Below, in pieces: positions 33,893 through 34,847 of a stretch of DNA of 34,847 nucleotides. Positions within the stretch are counted from its first letter, which is position 1. Each line of letters opens with the position of its first letter. The stretch is from Hyphochytrium catenoides (taxonomy: Eukaryota > Protista > Hyphochytriomycota): NCBI GenBank assembly GCA_900088475.1, contig FLMG01003980.1, positions 1 to 34,847 on the forward strand. Direction: 5' to 3'. The translations under genes were made by a program, and so were the position numbers. The notes under the pieces were generated by a model. The model saw nothing but the letters and a program-made list of their open reading frames with translations, was not told where the DNA came from and ran no database searches.

Positions 33893-34847
33893 AAGCGCCG
33901 GGAGAGAGGAGAGAGAGCGCGAGGAAAGCTATGAGAGTAGGGAAGAGGAGAGAGTGCAACTTTTCTCAATCAGGAGGCGAAGACTATGCAAGAAAGCGGA
34001 CTCACAAGCCTGGAGCACACCTAGGAAAGAAAGATTCTCTCTCTTCTGCAGCCTTCTTTTTCGTTGCACTTCCCAGCATCTTAGCGCTCTTCGGTCCTTC
34101 TCTCTTTCTATCTCTCTCCGGCCTCTTCCCATGGGGGTTGCGGAGGGAACACGCCGGCAAACAGTGGGACGCTCGTAGACGTAGGATCTGGATGAGCTGT
34201 GCGCGTCAAGAGACAGCTGGGAGGACTGGAGGCAAGACGCACGACAAGCTGCAAGACACGGCAGGGGTAGGGACGAAGGACAGAAGGAGAAGGGAGAAGA
34301 TAGGACAAGCGTGAGGAGGAAGGCAAGATAGAAGAGAGAGAGAGAGAGAAGTGAGGGAGAGACTCTGTCTCTTCTGACCTTGTCTACCGTAGCACCAAAG
34401 GCAAGAGAGACTCCAGTGATGCCGTCAATAACTCAACACTAGCTTTTGGCTCTTCCTCCGCCCGATCTTTGCTCTCCACATCCCTCTGTCTTCTCTCTTT
34501 CTCTTCCCTTCTCTCTCCCCAGTCATCTCCGCTCAGGTCTTTCTCCCCTTATCTCTCTCCATTGTCTGACTTACACGCTAAGGCATCGTCTTGTCCAGTC
34601 CTCTAGTTATGACTCTCTTGGATCACTTCTTCTCTTTTCCTTTCACTCTTTCTCGGTCCCTAAAGTCTGCGCATCCTGGCGAAGCGCCATCGCTGTCCCG
34701 CCTCGCTTCCTTTTCTTCTTACCCGTCTTCAGCAGAGAGTCCAGGGTCCCTAGGATCTAAGGAGAGAAGTAGGTGTCTGAGCTATAACCTTAGGGAGCTC
34801 AAAAGAGAAGAGGGAGAAAAAAGGAGGAAGACGGCTCGCTAGAGGAA

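Noticed and set aside
33929-34760. Possible last exons of a minus-strand gene (ILGTLDSLLKT.. spliced to an open frame ending at 33929)
   Set aside because: Splice sites are plausible but there is no recognisable motif and the phase is ambiguous without upstream sequence.

Overview
Gene-dense, intron-rich eukaryotic DNA with short GT-AG introns and (CT)n microsatellites. Protein motifs suggest a stramenopile, possibly oomycete-related (inference). Left to right: a dead, 5'-truncated Ty1/copia pol fragment (-); a GOLD/coiled-coil protein with a C-terminal F-box-like motif (-); a probably mitochondrial PPR protein (+); a TBC/Rab-GAP-fold protein lacking both catalytic fingers (-); a PRKX-like PKA catalytic subunit (+); PIG-O (-); an intronless GT61 glycosyltransferase (+); an intronless Cys-module/mucin-stalk membrane protein (-); a ~4.8 kb AT-richer non-genic block containing tRNA-Pro(TGG) and several Helitron-like termini; a PP2C phosphatase (+); an N gap; and a PIGBOS1-like microprotein (+). 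The most unusual structure is a candidate tail-to-tail Helitron pair meeting at CTAG-TA-CTAG and starting 47 nt upstream of the tRNA. Gene models were spliced by eye and family assignments come from recalled motifs, not database searches.
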